Of a stretch of 64,000 bases of DNA, positions 1 to 13,095 are shown in pieces. How positions within the stretch are numbered: the first letter of the stretch is position 1; each line of letters starts with the position of its first letter. Made by a program: the position numbers and the translations under genes. The stretch is taken from the NCBI GenBank assembly GCA_964367355.1, contig CAYIWY010000004.1:35976-99975 (forward strand). The letters are read 5' to 3'. The notes below the pieces were generated by a model, which searched no databases, was not told the origin of the DNA, and saw only the letters and a list, made by a program, of their open reading frames with translations. The DNA is from an uncultured Gammaproteobacteria bacterium (GTDB taxonomy: Bacteria > Patescibacteriota > Microgenomatia > Woykebacterales > RBG-16-39-9b).

Positions 1-127
1 GTCTTTAAGGGGAAACTGGAAGCCTGAATTAAAAAAGACCCAAAGTTATTTTGGGAACTGCGAAATAGGTGAAGTTTTACCGATCCACAACTCTTCGGGG
101 ATTCGTGATCAAGAACAAATTTCACAA

Positions 128-508
128 ATGCAGGAGAATTTAAAAGTCGGTCAAGATATCTTAGAAAAAGATCAGCTACCAAATATTAAGCTAGTAGTTG
201 CTCCGAATCAGAAACTGCTACTCTTTGATGGTCACCACTCCCTCTTGAGTTATTTTAGTCACGGTAAGAGATTCATGCGTGAGATACCATATATAATAAT
301 TAGTTCAGAGAACTACAGGGAGGTTTCAAGTGAAGAAATCAGCTATTTTTTCCCCGAGAATAGTCGCGAAGAGATCATGAAAGATTGGAAAAGATTTACA
401 GTTAACTGGCAGGCAAATGTGGGTGAACAGCTTGAAGTTCGTAAGGTTTATTCGATTGCAGACTTAGCTAGCGAGCTTAGCAAAAGAAACAAAGGTGCGG
501 TAGAGTAG
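128..508 (+). CDS. hypothetical protein
   Basis: 126-aa ORF with no recognisable motif. Its 3' end overlaps the end of the convergent methyltransferase gene. Confidence 0.3.
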   Translation: MQENLKVGQDILEKDQLPNIKLVVAPNQKLLLFDGHHSLLSYFSHGKRFMREIPYIIISSENYREVSSEEISYFFPENSREEIMKDWKRFTVNWQANVGEQLEVRKVYSIADLASELSKRNKGAVE

Positions 509-1312
509 GAGACCTTTAGGATTGCGGCGAAGTTTTCGCTCCAAATCTTCCCGAACATCTTGATTTTGCTCGGCTTCAAACTTGGCAGGTAAGTAAAAGA
601 GATTGTAGTAAGCTTGGTCAAACTCTGCAAAACCAAAACTTTTCAATTTATCTTTATAACCAATCGGATCTTCCAGTTTCATCGTCTTTTCTTTGTCCAA
701 AACATGATCCGGGTTTTTCAAAACTGAAGTAATTAGCTCATCGGCTTTTTTTATCTCCTCTTTTGGTAATCCGACAGGTTCAAGAATATTTTCAAGTATA
801 GCAGAGACACTCCAGCGATCCATGCCAAAAATATCAAAATAAAGATTGTAGTGTGACGCGATCAAAAATCCGCCTGGTTTCAAGACTTTTTTAATTTCCG
901 CAAAAACAGTATGTTCCTCTTCTTTTGAAATATACGGTAAAACACCGTTGAGTATTATAATTTCAAATTTTTCGTTCAATTTGGACAGTTCTTGCAATGA
1001 AAGATGATGATAAACATCAGGAAGATTTTCTTCCTCGGCCTTCTTTTTTGAAGTTTTTATCATTCCTTGTGAGTAATCACAGGCAACCACGTCCCAACCT
1101 TCTTTTTGCAAAGTTCTGGTCATTAGTCCCGGACCGCAACCAGCGTCTAATATTTTAGTTTTTTCTTGGGTTTTTAGAAAATCAAGAATTAATTCGTAAC
1201 GAAAACTATTGGCCGGATAAAGTTTATGCTTGCGGTGGAAAGAAGTTTCCTCGTATTCATGAGAAACGCTATCCCAAAGTTCTGCTCTCGTGGATGTAAA
1301 CTTTTTTGACAT
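464..1312 (-). CDS. class I SAM-dependent methyltransferase
   Basis: 282 aa. Motif I ILDAGCGPGLMT is followed by a Rossmann-like pattern. Confidence 0.75.
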   Translation of the reverse strand: MSKKFTSTRAELWDSVSHEYEETSFHRKHKLYPANSFRYELILDFLKTQEKTKILDAGCGPGLMTRTLQKEGWDVVACDYSQGMIKTSKKKAEEENLPDVYHHLSLQELSKLNEKFEIIILNGVLPYISKEEEHTVFAEIKKVLKPGGFLIASHYNLYFDIFGMDRWSVSAILENILEPVGLPKEEIKKADELITSVLKNPDHVLDKEKTMKLEDPIGYKDKLKSFGFAEFDQAYYNLFYLPAKFEAEQNQDVREDLERKLRRNPKGLLLYRTFVSFAKLAS

Positions 1313-1342
1313 GAGGGTTATTATACTACAACTTGACCTTGC

Positions 1343-1371
1343 TTGCTTGGTTTTGTATAATAATTCACATT
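1343..1371 (+). promoter_or_regulatory. sigma70-like promoter TTGACC-N17-TATAAT
   Basis: Near-consensus -35 and -10 hexamers with 17-nt spacing, seen directly in the sequence. Confidence 0.5.
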
Positions 1372-1377
1372 GTTTGG

Positions 1378-1790
1378 CGCTGACCCCCTAAAATGGGTCA
1401 CAAGATTCTGAAGGAGCAGTGTTTTGCTTGTCGCGCAACCCCAGAGAGTGGTGTAAAGCAGTCGCTACAAACGTTTCGAGTTGCCTTGAAACTCAGAAGA
1501 GATGTTGACACTGCAAAAATGGAAGGGAGAGCCCTACCGCTTCTGAACGGTATCAAACACGATCACAACTACTTGAATCACGAGTCGATGGTTTGTGATG
1601 AGAGTTTGGTCGTGGTTCGAAGAATTGGTTGTAACTATATAACCTGCAACCTCGTCCTGCTCATGTTCGATAAGTAGCGGTTTAGACCCTAAGGCTACAT
1701 GCAAAAGTTCGCAAAAGTAATGTCCTGGGTGGTTTTGGTTTTTTGCCTTGACCACCCCTTTTCTTTTCCAATTTGTACTAGTTTGATATA
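1378..1790 (+). ncRNA. candidate non-coding transcript of unknown identity
   Basis: Lies between a strong promoter and a GGGUGGUU...ACCACCC hairpin followed by a U-rich tract (about 1745-1790). The ORF 1393..1677 has no Shine-Dalgarno sequence and a non-protein-like composition. Confidence 0.25.
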
Positions 1791-1831
1791 ATAAGCGTAA
1801 GAATGTAGCAATTCCAAGAAGGAGGCAGGGA

Positions 1832-2200
1832 TTGGTTTTGGCAATAGCGAGTCGAGTAAGGAGAATGTTACCCACACGGGCAGCGGTGCTAGTCAGGAAG
1901 CAAAGTTTTCGTGATGCAGTCATTCTGACAGCTCGCGCTGTACTAGAAGATGGTTATCGAAAACTTGTTCCACTCCAGTCCAAGGGTTACACGCAGAACC
2001 TCACGGAGGCGAAAGCGAAGGTTGTTAAACACAATCGCCATTACTCGCTGAAGGAACAGCTGATTTTTCAGGAAGCTGCTCGTTTAATTCTCCAGGAGGT
2101 GACCGAGTTCCACAACCTTGAGGTTTTTGGAAACGTTACAGATCAACCAAAAGAGGGTCAGAGGCTTGTTCAGCTTTTTATTCGTCAGAAAAGGTCGTAG
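1832..2200 (+). CDS. hypothetical basic protein
   Basis: AAGGAGG sits 6 nt upstream of a TTG start. 122 aa, and higher GC than its flanks. Confidence 0.45.
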   Translation: MVLAIASRVRRMLPTRAAVLVRKQSFRDAVILTARAVLEDGYRKLVPLQSKGYTQNLTEAKAKVVKHNRHYSLKEQLIFQEAARLILQEVTEFHNLEVFGNVTDQPKEGQRLVQLFIRQKRS

Positions 2201-2242
2201 TTAGAGGCACGTTGATCGATTTTCGATTAGCGTGCTTTTTCT

Positions 2243-2674
2243 TTAGGAGTTTGTTGGCGGGAGATTGGTTCTGGGGTGGTGTTTACGTTTAAAGTGCAAT
2301 TGGGCTAAAGATTTTTCGAGTTCGGCGGCAGTACGGGCAAATTCCTCGCCACTCAGCGTATGGCTTTGCTTCATAGCTTCTTCTGCGCGTTTTTTGGCTT
2401 CCTCAATTTTCTTCTCATCTAGATTGTCTGAAGTTTCGGCAAGATCAGTCAGAATCGATATTGTTTGGCCGGTGACTTCGACAAAACCAGAACCAGTGAC
2501 GAAATGTGAGACTTTATTGTTCTTCTTTATTGTCAGCTCTCCAGGTTTAACTTGAGTTATCAACGGAATGTGGTGAGGAAGTACTGTAATTTCGCCGTCT
2601 GAGGTTGGCAAAGACACTTGGTCAATTTCATCACTAAACACTATTTTTTCTGGAGTAACCAATTCTAGCTTCAT
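2243..2674 (-). CDS. atpC: F1F0 ATP synthase subunit epsilon
   Basis: N-terminal beta-sandwich (MKLELVTPEKIVFSDEI...VLPHHIPLIT) followed by a C-terminal helical hairpin. Confidence 0.85.
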   Translation of the reverse strand: MKLELVTPEKIVFSDEIDQVSLPTSDGEITVLPHHIPLITQVKPGELTIKKNNKVSHFVTGSGFVEVTGQTISILTDLAETSDNLDEKKIEEAKKRAEEAMKQSHTLSGEEFARTAAELEKSLAQLHFKRKHHPRTNLPPTNS

Positions 2675-2780
2675 GCGGTTAATTATAATCTGTACTGGGT
2701 GCTAGAGCAAGTTGCAACTAAGTGTTTGCATTATAACGATAACGTTGACAGAAGAATACTTTTTTGTTTAATATTGTAAA

Positions 2781-4112
2781 GTGCAAACAAAACATGCCCG
2801 ACTACTATTTGTGCTTTCAATTTTCCTTCTGAGTTTGGTCGTGGTCGATTTTGTTAGAATCTCAAAAAATAATTCAATCACCAACTCTACCCAAAAAAGT
2901 GTACCTAATCTTGTCGCTAAAGTAGACGAAATCGGTCAAGTCCTGAACGAAACCTCAAACACCACCAATTACTACAAATTTTATCTCAAAGATCAGACTG
3001 GGGTAGCAATCACATCCCAAAGTGTTGATGCGTCTTTAATAAAAGGGGCCACGATAACAGTTTCCAACAAATCCACATTTACTTGTGGCGATACCGGTAG
3101 CAACTATTCATTTGCTGAAGTAGATGGGCTTTACAAGTTGATTTGTAACTCAGCTGCCTCAATGAACATCAAAATCACAAAAAATGGTTACAGTACCAAA
3201 AATGCAACACTCGCGTATTATCAAGGCGAAATTCCAACAATTTATCTGAGCCGCTATGTGGCTCCACCACCAACACCATCAGCGCCACCGGAAACAATTA
3301 AGACGATCACTTTACCGTCTGTGTTCAAAGAAGTAGGTAGTGAAACAACTGATTTGACCAAGATTACTGATCCAGCTAAGGTTGATAACCTTGTCCTAGA
3401 TGCCAAGACTGCTTCAATCAAATATTCGCAATCAGTTGACCTCTCGTCTACCGAGACTAAGGATAAATTTAAGGAATTAGATAAATATGTAAAAATTGAA
3501 CAAGTTGGGAAGGTAGCTGTTGATTCGACAAACCTTCCGGTTCTCAACAAAAAAGCGACAATAACAATGAAATCTTTAGGTTATGTCAAAACCCCAAAAA
3601 TTTTGGTAGATGGGAAAGAAGATAAATCTGTCGTTTCCAATATTAAATACAAAGATGGGGTGCTTACTTTTGACGTCACCCATTTTTCAACCTTCACGGC
3701 TGCACCAACTGTTGGGATCAATGAACCAGCCAATAATTTTGAAACCAACAACAAAACTGTAACTCTCAAAGGGACAGTTTCAGATCCAACAGCTTCTGTT
3801 TCCGCGAAACTGAACAACAAAAATCTGGGAAAATTGAAAATTGCCACCAGCGGAGCGTTTCAAAAAGATATTGATCTCGAGGAAGGTTTAAACAAAATTG
3901 TTGTCTCAGCTCTTGGAGCTAATTTGGCAACAGCGTCTGCATCAGTTTCAGGTACTTTACTAACGAATGTTAGTAGTCTGATAAATCCGTTAAACCTTCT
4001 ACTGGCATTTCTTGGGATTTTGGCAATTGCAATAATTGTTTGGACATTCAAACATCTCAAGAAAAATATGGACAAAAAAGTAGCTGCAAACAACAAACCA
4101 CCGATTCAGTAA
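2781..4112 (+). CDS. membrane-anchored surface protein
   Basis: GTG start. N-terminal signal/TM, a PPPTPSAPP linker, repeated beta-rich segments, and a C-terminal TM anchor with a basic tail. Confidence 0.55.
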   Translation: MQTKHARLLFVLSIFLLSLVVVDFVRISKNNSITNSTQKSVPNLVAKVDEIGQVLNETSNTTNYYKFYLKDQTGVAITSQSVDASLIKGATITVSNKSTFTCGDTGSNYSFAEVDGLYKLICNSAASMNIKITKNGYSTKNATLAYYQGEIPTIYLSRYVAPPPTPSAPPETIKTITLPSVFKEVGSETTDLTKITDPAKVDNLVLDAKTASIKYSQSVDLSSTETKDKFKELDKYVKIEQVGKVAVDSTNLPVLNKKATITMKSLGYVKTPKILVDGKEDKSVVSNIKYKDGVLTFDVTHFSTFTAAPTVGINEPANNFETNNKTVTLKGTVSDPTASVSAKLNNKNLGKLKIATSGAFQKDIDLEEGLNKIVVSALGANLATASASVSGTLLTNVSSLINPLNLLLAFLGILAIAIIVWTFKHLKKNMDKKVAANNKPPIQ

Positions 4113-4277
4113 GCAAACCTATTTTTTAACTTCTTCGATTTGACCCTTCATGAGTCACTACGTTCTATGCGTGTGCTATTTCTTCGTCACCTCAGAAATA
4201 TCACCTAGCATATAACGCGCTAATTGAAGTTTTGAAAAACTGGATATTTTATTGTCTGCGCGCGATGCATGCTTGGA

Positions 4278-5669
<1,392 letters not shown>

Positions 5670-5745
5670 TCACGCGAGAGTCTTTCAGAAACCTGTGATT
5701 TCTGAATTACGAAGCGGGTTATAACTTGTACTACTTTTCCTTTGT

Positions 5746-6138
5746 TCATTTTAAAAAACCTCCATTTATTAATATCGGCATTACGTGAGTTTTAACGTGG
5801 GAGCCTAACTCTAAAGTTGAATCAGTACTATACCAGATTGCTTCTTCGATTTCTTTACCATCGGGTTTTATATTCTCACCGATATTTGCCGAAAAAATAT
5901 AAGTGTCCCACTCTTCCAGAGTTTCCGGGTTTTTGTAAAGATAGTTGGCAACAAGCTTAATTGATGAGTCATCAACTTCAGTACTCAGTTCTTCCATAAC
6001 TTCACGAGTTAAGGTATCTTTAGTCGTTTCGCCTTCTTCCCCCCGACCTCCTGGAAGTTTGTAAACTGTTTCATCGACCTTCCGAACAAGAAGAACTTTA
6101 TTATCTTTTATGTGTGTTAAGTAACTTCGTCGTTTCAT
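5746..6138 (-). CDS. NUDIX hydrolase
   Basis: Nudix box GGRGEEGETTKDTLTREVMEELS. It sits 2 nt downstream of atpG on the same strand. Confidence 0.85.
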   Translation of the reverse strand: MKRRSYLTHIKDNKVLLVRKVDETVYKLPGGRGEEGETTKDTLTREVMEELSTEVDDSSIKLVANYLYKNPETLEEWDTYIFSANIGENIKPDGKEIEEAIWYSTDSTLELGSHVKTHVMPILINGGFLK

Positions 6139-6139
6139 A

Positions 6140-6997
6140 TTAATTTAATGCTATCGCTGCTGTAGAGATATCCAAAATTTCATTGGTAATATTGGCTTGT
6201 CTTACTTGGTTATAAGCGAGAGTCAGATCATCGACCAATTCAGAAGCATTATCCGAAGCATTTTTCATGGCCACCATTCGAGCCGAGTGTTCACTAGCCG
6301 AAGAATCTAAAAGAATTTGGTATATTTCCATCAATATATAATGTGGCAAAATAGCTTCCAAAACCAAGTCGGCACTTGGTTCAAAGAGATATTCATCAAC
6401 AGTCAAATCAGAGCTGTCAGAAAGTTTATTTATTATTTCTAGATCAATTATCGGAAAAAGTTGGCGAATAATTGCCTCTTGTTTCAGAGTTGAGTGAAAC
6501 TGGGTGTAGATCACGTGAATTTTATCAAATTCGTTACTTAAAAAAGCTTCGGTTAGAAAACGGGTAATTGTCCCAGCAAATTCCAAGGTTGGTTTGTCTA
6601 AAAGTTCAAAATCAGCTGCTAGTGGTTTGGCAGAGCGGCTGACAAAAACCTGGCCTTTTTTACCAAGTGTAATAAATGAAACATTTCCAGTTACGTCAAG
6701 AGATTTTTTGAAAAGATTAGAATTTAATGAACCACACAAACCGCGGTTGGTAGTAATCAACAGTATTCCTTGTTTTTCGTTTTTTTCTCGAGAAAGTAAA
6801 GGGTGAGAAGTCAAATCAATTTTAGTTGAAATATGTTGCAACACGTCATTCATCAAGGCCGAGTAGCGTCGCCCTTTAGTTGCTTGATCTTGGGCGCGGC
6901 GCATTTTTGCAGCTGAAACCATCTCCATGGCTTTGGTCACCTTGGAAGTATTTTTAATGGATTTAATTCTTTGTCTTAGTTCTTTAGTTCCTGCCAT
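6140..6997 (-). CDS. atpG: F1F0 ATP synthase subunit gamma
   Basis: N-terminal MAGTKELRQRIKSIKNTSKVTKAMEMVSAAKMRRAQ and conserved C-terminal helix. Confidence 0.9.
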   Translation of the reverse strand: MAGTKELRQRIKSIKNTSKVTKAMEMVSAAKMRRAQDQATKGRRYSALMNDVLQHISTKIDLTSHPLLSREKNEKQGILLITTNRGLCGSLNSNLFKKSLDVTGNVSFITLGKKGQVFVSRSAKPLAADFELLDKPTLEFAGTITRFLTEAFLSNEFDKIHVIYTQFHSTLKQEAIIRQLFPIIDLEIINKLSDSSDLTVDEYLFEPSADLVLEAILPHYILMEIYQILLDSSASEHSARMVAMKNASDNASELVDDLTLAYNQVRQANITNEILDISTAAIALN

Positions 6998-7000
6998 AAG

Positions 7001-8497
7001 TTACGCCTTAAATGATTTTTTGAAATCAACTGTAAATTTCTCTAACTCTTTTGTAATTTTCTCGGTTAAAACTTTCTCGTCCTTAATTTGTTTGAGTAGA
7101 TTTTTGCCTTTGGTGATTAAACTATCCAGGTATTTCTCCTGGAAAGAGCTGAGATTTTCAATTGCGATATCGTCTAGAAAACCATTAGTAACGGCCCAAA
7201 TTAAAACCACTTGCTGCTCGACTGGGATTGGGTTGTATTGGGGTTGTTTGAGAATTTCGACAATTCTACGACCGCGGTCAAGTTGGTTTTTTGTCGCTTC
7301 GTCTAGGTCTGAACCAAACTGGGCGAAAGCTTCGAGGCTGCGGAACTGTGCCAAATCAAGCCGCAGAGTTCCGGCAACAGATTTCATTGCCTTGATTTGG
7401 GCTGATCCTCCAACCCTGGAAACCGAGAGACCAACGTTGACAGCCGGGCGATTGCCTGCGTTAAACATATCCGATTCCAAGTAAATTTGTCCGTCGGTGA
7501 TAGAGATTACATTGGTTGGGATATAAGCTGAGACATCTCCGGCTTGAGTTTCGATAATTGGAAGAGCTGTCAAAGAACCGCCGCCATTATCCTTACTTAA
7601 ACGAGCTGCGCGTTCGAGTAGGCGAGAGTGGAGGTAAAAAATATCACCTGGGTAAGCTTCTCGACCAGAAGGTCGACGCAAAAGCAGGGAAATTTGACGG
7701 TAAGCCCAAGCGTGTTTTGAGAGATCGTCATAAATTGCTAAAGCATCTCTGCCTTGTTCCATAAAATACTCACCGATAGCACAGCCTGCATAGGGCGCTA
7801 GAAATTGCAATGATGCTGAATCCGAGGCTGAAGCTGCAACAACGATTGTATGATTCATTGCCCCATATTTTTCTAGAGTGTCGATGATTTGGGCAATTTT
7901 TGAAGTTTTTTGTCCGATAGCTACATAGATACAAATTACGCCGGAATCTTTTTGGTTAATGATTGTGTCAATGGTGATAGCTGTTTTACCAGTCCCCCGA
8001 TCACCAATGATCAACTCTCGTTGTCCACGCCCAATTGGAATCATACTATCAATTGCTTTAATACCGGTCTGTAGTGGGGTATTAACCGATTGTCTAGTAA
8101 TTACACCCGGAGCAATTTTCTCAATCGGATTGTCTTTGGTAGCTTTAAGTGGACCTTTTCCATCAATTGGGTTACCAAGCGGATCGACGACTCGACCGAT
8201 TAAACTTTCCCCAACTGGTATTGATAGAATTTTCCCGGTTGTTTCAACTTGATCACCTTCCTTTAGAATTTTGTAATCACCAAAAACAACAATACCAACT
8301 TGATCTTCTTCTAAGTTAAGTGCTAAACCAAAAAGTTCATAGGGAAGTTTGACTAGTTCGTTATAAGCAACTTCAGATAGACCTTCAACTTTGATAACTC
8401 CGTCCCCAATTTCAATTATTTTACCGACATTCTTTTTTGTCGTTGTTGTTTTTAATGATTCAATTTCCTTTTTAATTGTTTCTGCTAGTTTACTCAT
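7001..8497 (-). CDS. atpA: F1F0 ATP synthase subunit alpha
   Basis: Walker [11 protein letters not shown]; 498 aa. Confidence 0.95.
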   Translation of the reverse strand: MSKLAETIKKEIESLKTTTTKKNVGKIIEIGDGVIKVEGLSEVAYNELVKLPYELFGLALNLEEDQVGIVVFGDYKILKEGDQVETTGKILSIPVGESLIGRVVDPLGNPIDGKGPLKATKDNPIEKIAPGVITRQSVNTPLQTGIKAIDSMIPIGRGQRELIIGDRGTGKTAITIDTIINQKDSGVICIYVAIGQKTSKIAQIIDTLEKYGAMNHTIVVAASASDSASLQFLAPYAGCAIGEYFMEQGRDALAIYDDLSKHAWAYRQISLLLRRPSGREAYPGDIFYLHSRLLERAARLSKDNGGGSLTALPIIETQAGDVSAYIPTNVISITDGQIYLESDMFNAGNRPAVNVGLSVSRVGGSAQIKAMKSVAGTLRLDLAQFRSLEAFAQFGSDLDEATKNQLDRGRRIVEILKQPQYNPIPVEQQVVLIWAVTNGFLDDIAIENLSSFQEKYLDSLITKGKNLLKQIKDEKVLTEKITKELEKFTVDFKKSFKA

Positions 8498-8869
8498 TGG
8501 TTAATTACGCCTTTCAATTGTTCTAAATTACTCAAAACCGAGTCTTCCCAGACAAAGTCTCCGTTGCGAACTTTTAAACCTCCGATAAGGTCTTTATCTT
8601 CTTTTACTTGTGCTTCTAATTGCTTCCCGAGTAATTTTTCAAAATCGGTCTTTATTTTTGAAGTTGTGCCCTTATCTAGTTCGAAGGCCGATTCAATATA
8701 AAGTTGACTTTGTTTTTCGTTTTTCAATATCATTTTTTCCAAACTTTGCAGTATTGCTAGGGCATTAGCTGAACCATCTTTTCTTAGAACCTGGAAAATA
8801 TTTTCCAATTCTTTTGTCTGACCGTCTGTTTCTGTGTAGATTAACTTGGTTAGCTTTTTAACCTGATTT

Positions 8870-8877
<8 letters not shown>
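8494..8877 (-). CDS. atpH: F1F0 ATP synthase subunit delta (OSCP), short form
   Basis: Placed between atpF and atpA, helical, 127 aa. Called from operon context plus weak OSCP-like pattern. Confidence 0.65.
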
Positions 8878-10353
<1,476 letters not shown>

Positions 10354-10803
10354 TTATCTGATTCTTTCAACAGCGTCAAATTTGATGTAATAAAGTTCAA
10401 TTGGGATATTCGGAAACTGAATATTTAGGAGTTGCTCAGCTTTTTCGAGTGATTTGACGTGATCTGCTCGGCTATTATTTTCCCCAAAAGCTCCACAATC
10501 CTCGTGGTCCATAATTAAAATCTTTTTTGGTTTATGAAGACGATTTGAAACTTCAATTGCATCAAATAATTGGTGAATACTTTTTGATGCGCCGGGGAAA
10601 GCAAGCAAATCATATTTATCTTTTAATCCAGCATCCTCTTTAAATTTTCGTGACTGAGTTACAAAGCGATAATCGATACATCGGATTATCAGAGCTTCAA
10701 TTTTTTCTGCGTGTAAATTTGACATAACAGCTGACAATGATAGCAAACTTGAGTCAACCTGACAAGACTCCTGCAAAATGTGTAAAATAGTTATATGATC
10801 CAT
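10354..10803 (-). CDS. beta-class carbonic anhydrase-like protein (Cab type)
   Basis: CIDYR (CxDxR) and HEDCGA (HxxC) lie about 57 residues apart, the spacing of the beta-CA zinc ligands. Its stop is immediately adjacent to the atpB start. The true start may be the internal MSNLHAEK. Confidence 0.6.
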   Translation of the reverse strand: MDHITILHILQESCQVDSSLLSLSAVMSNLHAEKIEALIIRCIDYRFVTQSRKFKEDAGLKDKYDLLAFPGASKSIHQLFDAIEVSNRLHKPKKILIMDHEDCGAFGENNSRADHVKSLEKAEQLLNIQFPNIPIELYYIKFDAVERIR

Positions 10804-12387
10804 CTGCCAAAACCGCTACGACCAGTTGTCCTTGTAATTCTTGATGGTTGGGGTATTGCTGCTGAAAATACTGGAAATGCTATCAGCCGAGCAAATAAGC
10901 CATTTTTCAATTCAATAAATGTGAGTTATCCGCACACACAACTTAATGCTTCAGGTGAATCTGTTGGCTTACCAAAAGGAGAAGCCGGGAACAGTGAAGT
11001 GGGACATTTGAATATTGGAGCTGGAAAGATAGTTTACCAAGATTTACCGAGGATCAATGGGGCAATTGCTGATGGAACATTTTTAAATAACGAAGTTTTC
11101 AAAAGAGCGTTTCAACAGGTGACAGATAACAATTCTGCCCTTCATTTAATGGGCTTAGTCGGGACCGGTGGTGTTCATTCAAGTGTAGAACATTTGTACG
11201 CCCTTCTTTGGGCGGCAAAAGAGAGTGGTGTTAGCAAGGTTTTTTTACACCTTTTTACTGATGGTCGGGACTCTTCACCAACGAGTGGTTTGCAACTAAT
11301 TCAGGAAATTCAGTACAAAATTGCAGCGATCGGAATTGGCAGAATCGCCTCGATAATGGGTCGTTATTGGTCTATGGACCGTGACAGGCGCTGGGAGCGA
11401 ATTTCTCGAGCTTACAGAGCGCTTGTTTTTGGAGAAGGTGCTCAAGCTATCGACCCAAGAGCAGTGGTGGAAACATCATATCAAAAAAATATTACCGACG
11501 AATTTATCGAGCCAACATTAATTCGATTTAACGACAACAGCTTTGGAACGATAAAGAATAACGATAGTGTGATTTTCTTTAATTTTCGCTCCGACAGAGC
11601 TCGGCAACTAACCCATGCGTTTGTATTGCCAAATTTCACTGATTTCAATCGCGGAGAGCAGTTAAAAAATCTCAACTTTGTGTCAATGGCAGAGTATGAA
11701 AAAGGTTTGCCAGTGGAAGTAGCATTTACTCATCAGGAGATCGACCAGCCACTTTCAAAGGTAGTTAGCGACCATCTTTTGAAGCAGCTACATATTGGAG
11801 AAAGTGAGAAGTATGCCCACGTTACTTATTTTATTAATGGTGGTCGAGAGGATCCGTTCCCATTGGAGGATCGGGTTCATATACCTTCCCCTAAAATACC
11901 AACCTATGATTTAAAACCGGAAATGAGTGCTGTCGAAATTACTGATTATGTTGTCAATAAATTACGTTCAAGTATGTATGAATTTTACATTGTCAATTTT
12001 GCAAATTCTGATATGGTTGCGCATACTGGTTCTATTAGTGCAACAATTAAAGCCGTTGAAGTAGTCGATCAATGTTTGAAAAGAATTGCGGAAGCGACTT
12101 TAGCTAAGGGTGGGGCAATGGTAGTGACGGCAGATCACGGTAACGCGGAAACAATGCTCAACCTTTCGACTGGGGGCGTTGACACAGAGCACTCAACCAA
12201 CCCCGTACCTCTGATTGTTGTGGCTAAGGAATTTCAACATTCTTCTACGTTGCAATTTCCGTCAGGTGTTTTAGCCGATGTTGCTCCAACAGTTTTAGCT
12301 CTGATGGGAATTACTAAACCAGGAACGATGATGGGTCAGGATTTACTTGGAATAAAAATTCTCAATAATTCTTTTGAAGCTGAGTAG
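10795..12387 (+). CDS. gpmI: 2,3-bisphosphoglycerate-independent phosphoglycerate mutase
   Basis: N-terminal VLVILDGWG, SEVGHLNIGAG, and a metalloenzyme C-terminal domain containing TADHGN. Confidence 0.9.
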   Translation: MIHLPKPLRPVVLVILDGWGIAAENTGNAISRANKPFFNSINVSYPHTQLNASGESVGLPKGEAGNSEVGHLNIGAGKIVYQDLPRINGAIADGTFLNNEVFKRAFQQVTDNNSALHLMGLVGTGGVHSSVEHLYALLWAAKESGVSKVFLHLFTDGRDSSPTSGLQLIQEIQYKIAAIGIGRIASIMGRYWSMDRDRRWERISRAYRALVFGEGAQAIDPRAVVETSYQKNITDEFIEPTLIRFNDNSFGTIKNNDSVIFFNFRSDRARQLTHAFVLPNFTDFNRGEQLKNLNFVSMAEYEKGLPVEVAFTHQEIDQPLSKVVSDHLLKQLHIGESEKYAHVTYFINGGREDPFPLEDRVHIPSPKIPTYDLKPEMSAVEITDYVVNKLRSSMYEFYIVNFANSDMVAHTGSISATIKAVEVVDQCLKRIAEATLAKGGAMVVTADHGNAETMLNLSTGGVDTEHSTNPVPLIVVAKEFQHSSTLQFPSGVLADVAPTVLALMGITKPGTMMGQDLLGIKILNNSFEAE

Positions 12388-12522
12388 CAAATAATACTGT
12401 TTTTAGTTTTCAGTGTCTGACACTAAAAATTATTAACGCTTCAATCTATTGATAAATTGAAACGCAAATTAAAGAAGCAAAAGAAAAACGACCCCGGAAA
12501 AATTTCGAGGGTCGTCTGTTGT

Positions 12523-12972
12523 TTAAGCGCAGAGAACTTCCTTGATTTTTGCGCTGTTTTTTGGGATCCAGGCCTGATGCTTTTGCCAACCAGCCAAACT
12601 ACCGTACGTCATGATTTTGATGTAGTACATCGTCTTCGACTCGTAAAGAATGTCGGCGACGCGATAAGTCGCTAGGGCGTCACTGACTTCGTATAGAAGT
12701 TGCCTTTTCGGTTCGCGTGAACGATTGAGAAAGGACAACAAACGCTGGATCAGTGACTTTGAAACCGTGATTTCATCGAAACTGACATTGGCGTCGACCA
12801 ATTCCCGGCGGAAGATTCGCTCACCTTTATTGTCATGAACAGCAAAATGTGCGTCGGTTCCGTATGACTCGAAAGAAATACGCGAATGCTGTTCGTTACG
12901 TACATCCTGCTGGTCCCAAACTTGATCCATTGCCTTAAGGCCTGATCCAAGATTCAGAAAGAACGTCTTCAC
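12523..12972 (-). CDS. hypothetical protein
   Basis: CAGGAGGT site followed by a GTG start (MKTFFLNLG...). Higher GC than the surroundings, no recognised motif. Confidence 0.4.
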   Translation of the reverse strand: MKTFFLNLGSGLKAMDQVWDQQDVRNEQHSRISFESYGTDAHFAVHDNKGERIFRRELVDANVSFDEITVSKSLIQRLLSFLNRSREPKRQLLYEVSDALATYRVADILYESKTMYYIKIMTYGSLAGWQKHQAWIPKNSAKIKEVLCA

Positions 12973-13095
12973 ATTTACCTCCTGTGACTTCACGACCGGT
13001 TCTGAAATTGTACAAATTTTAACACAATAAAGAAGAAAAGTCAATACTATAAGCCGCTTCGCGTCTTGCGTCCAGAAAATGCTGGACTAAGGTTA

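Noticed and set aside
1393-1677. 94-aa plus-strand ORF downstream of the strong promoter
   Set aside because: No Shine-Dalgarno sequence and an odd Cys/His-rich composition. The locus is bracketed by promoter and terminator and fits an ncRNA better. Kept only as an ncRNA candidate.
2265-2555. 96-aa ORF antisense to atpC; similar antisense ORFs inside atpD, atpG, atpA, uvrB, uvrA, lon, pilB and others
   Set aside because: They are fully contained in well-supported conserved genes on the opposite strand and have low-complexity composition.
12457-12675. 72-aa plus-strand ORF after gpmI
   Set aside because: It overlaps the bidirectional terminator and the 3' end of the minus-strand gene 12523..12972. 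The composition is basic and low-complexity.
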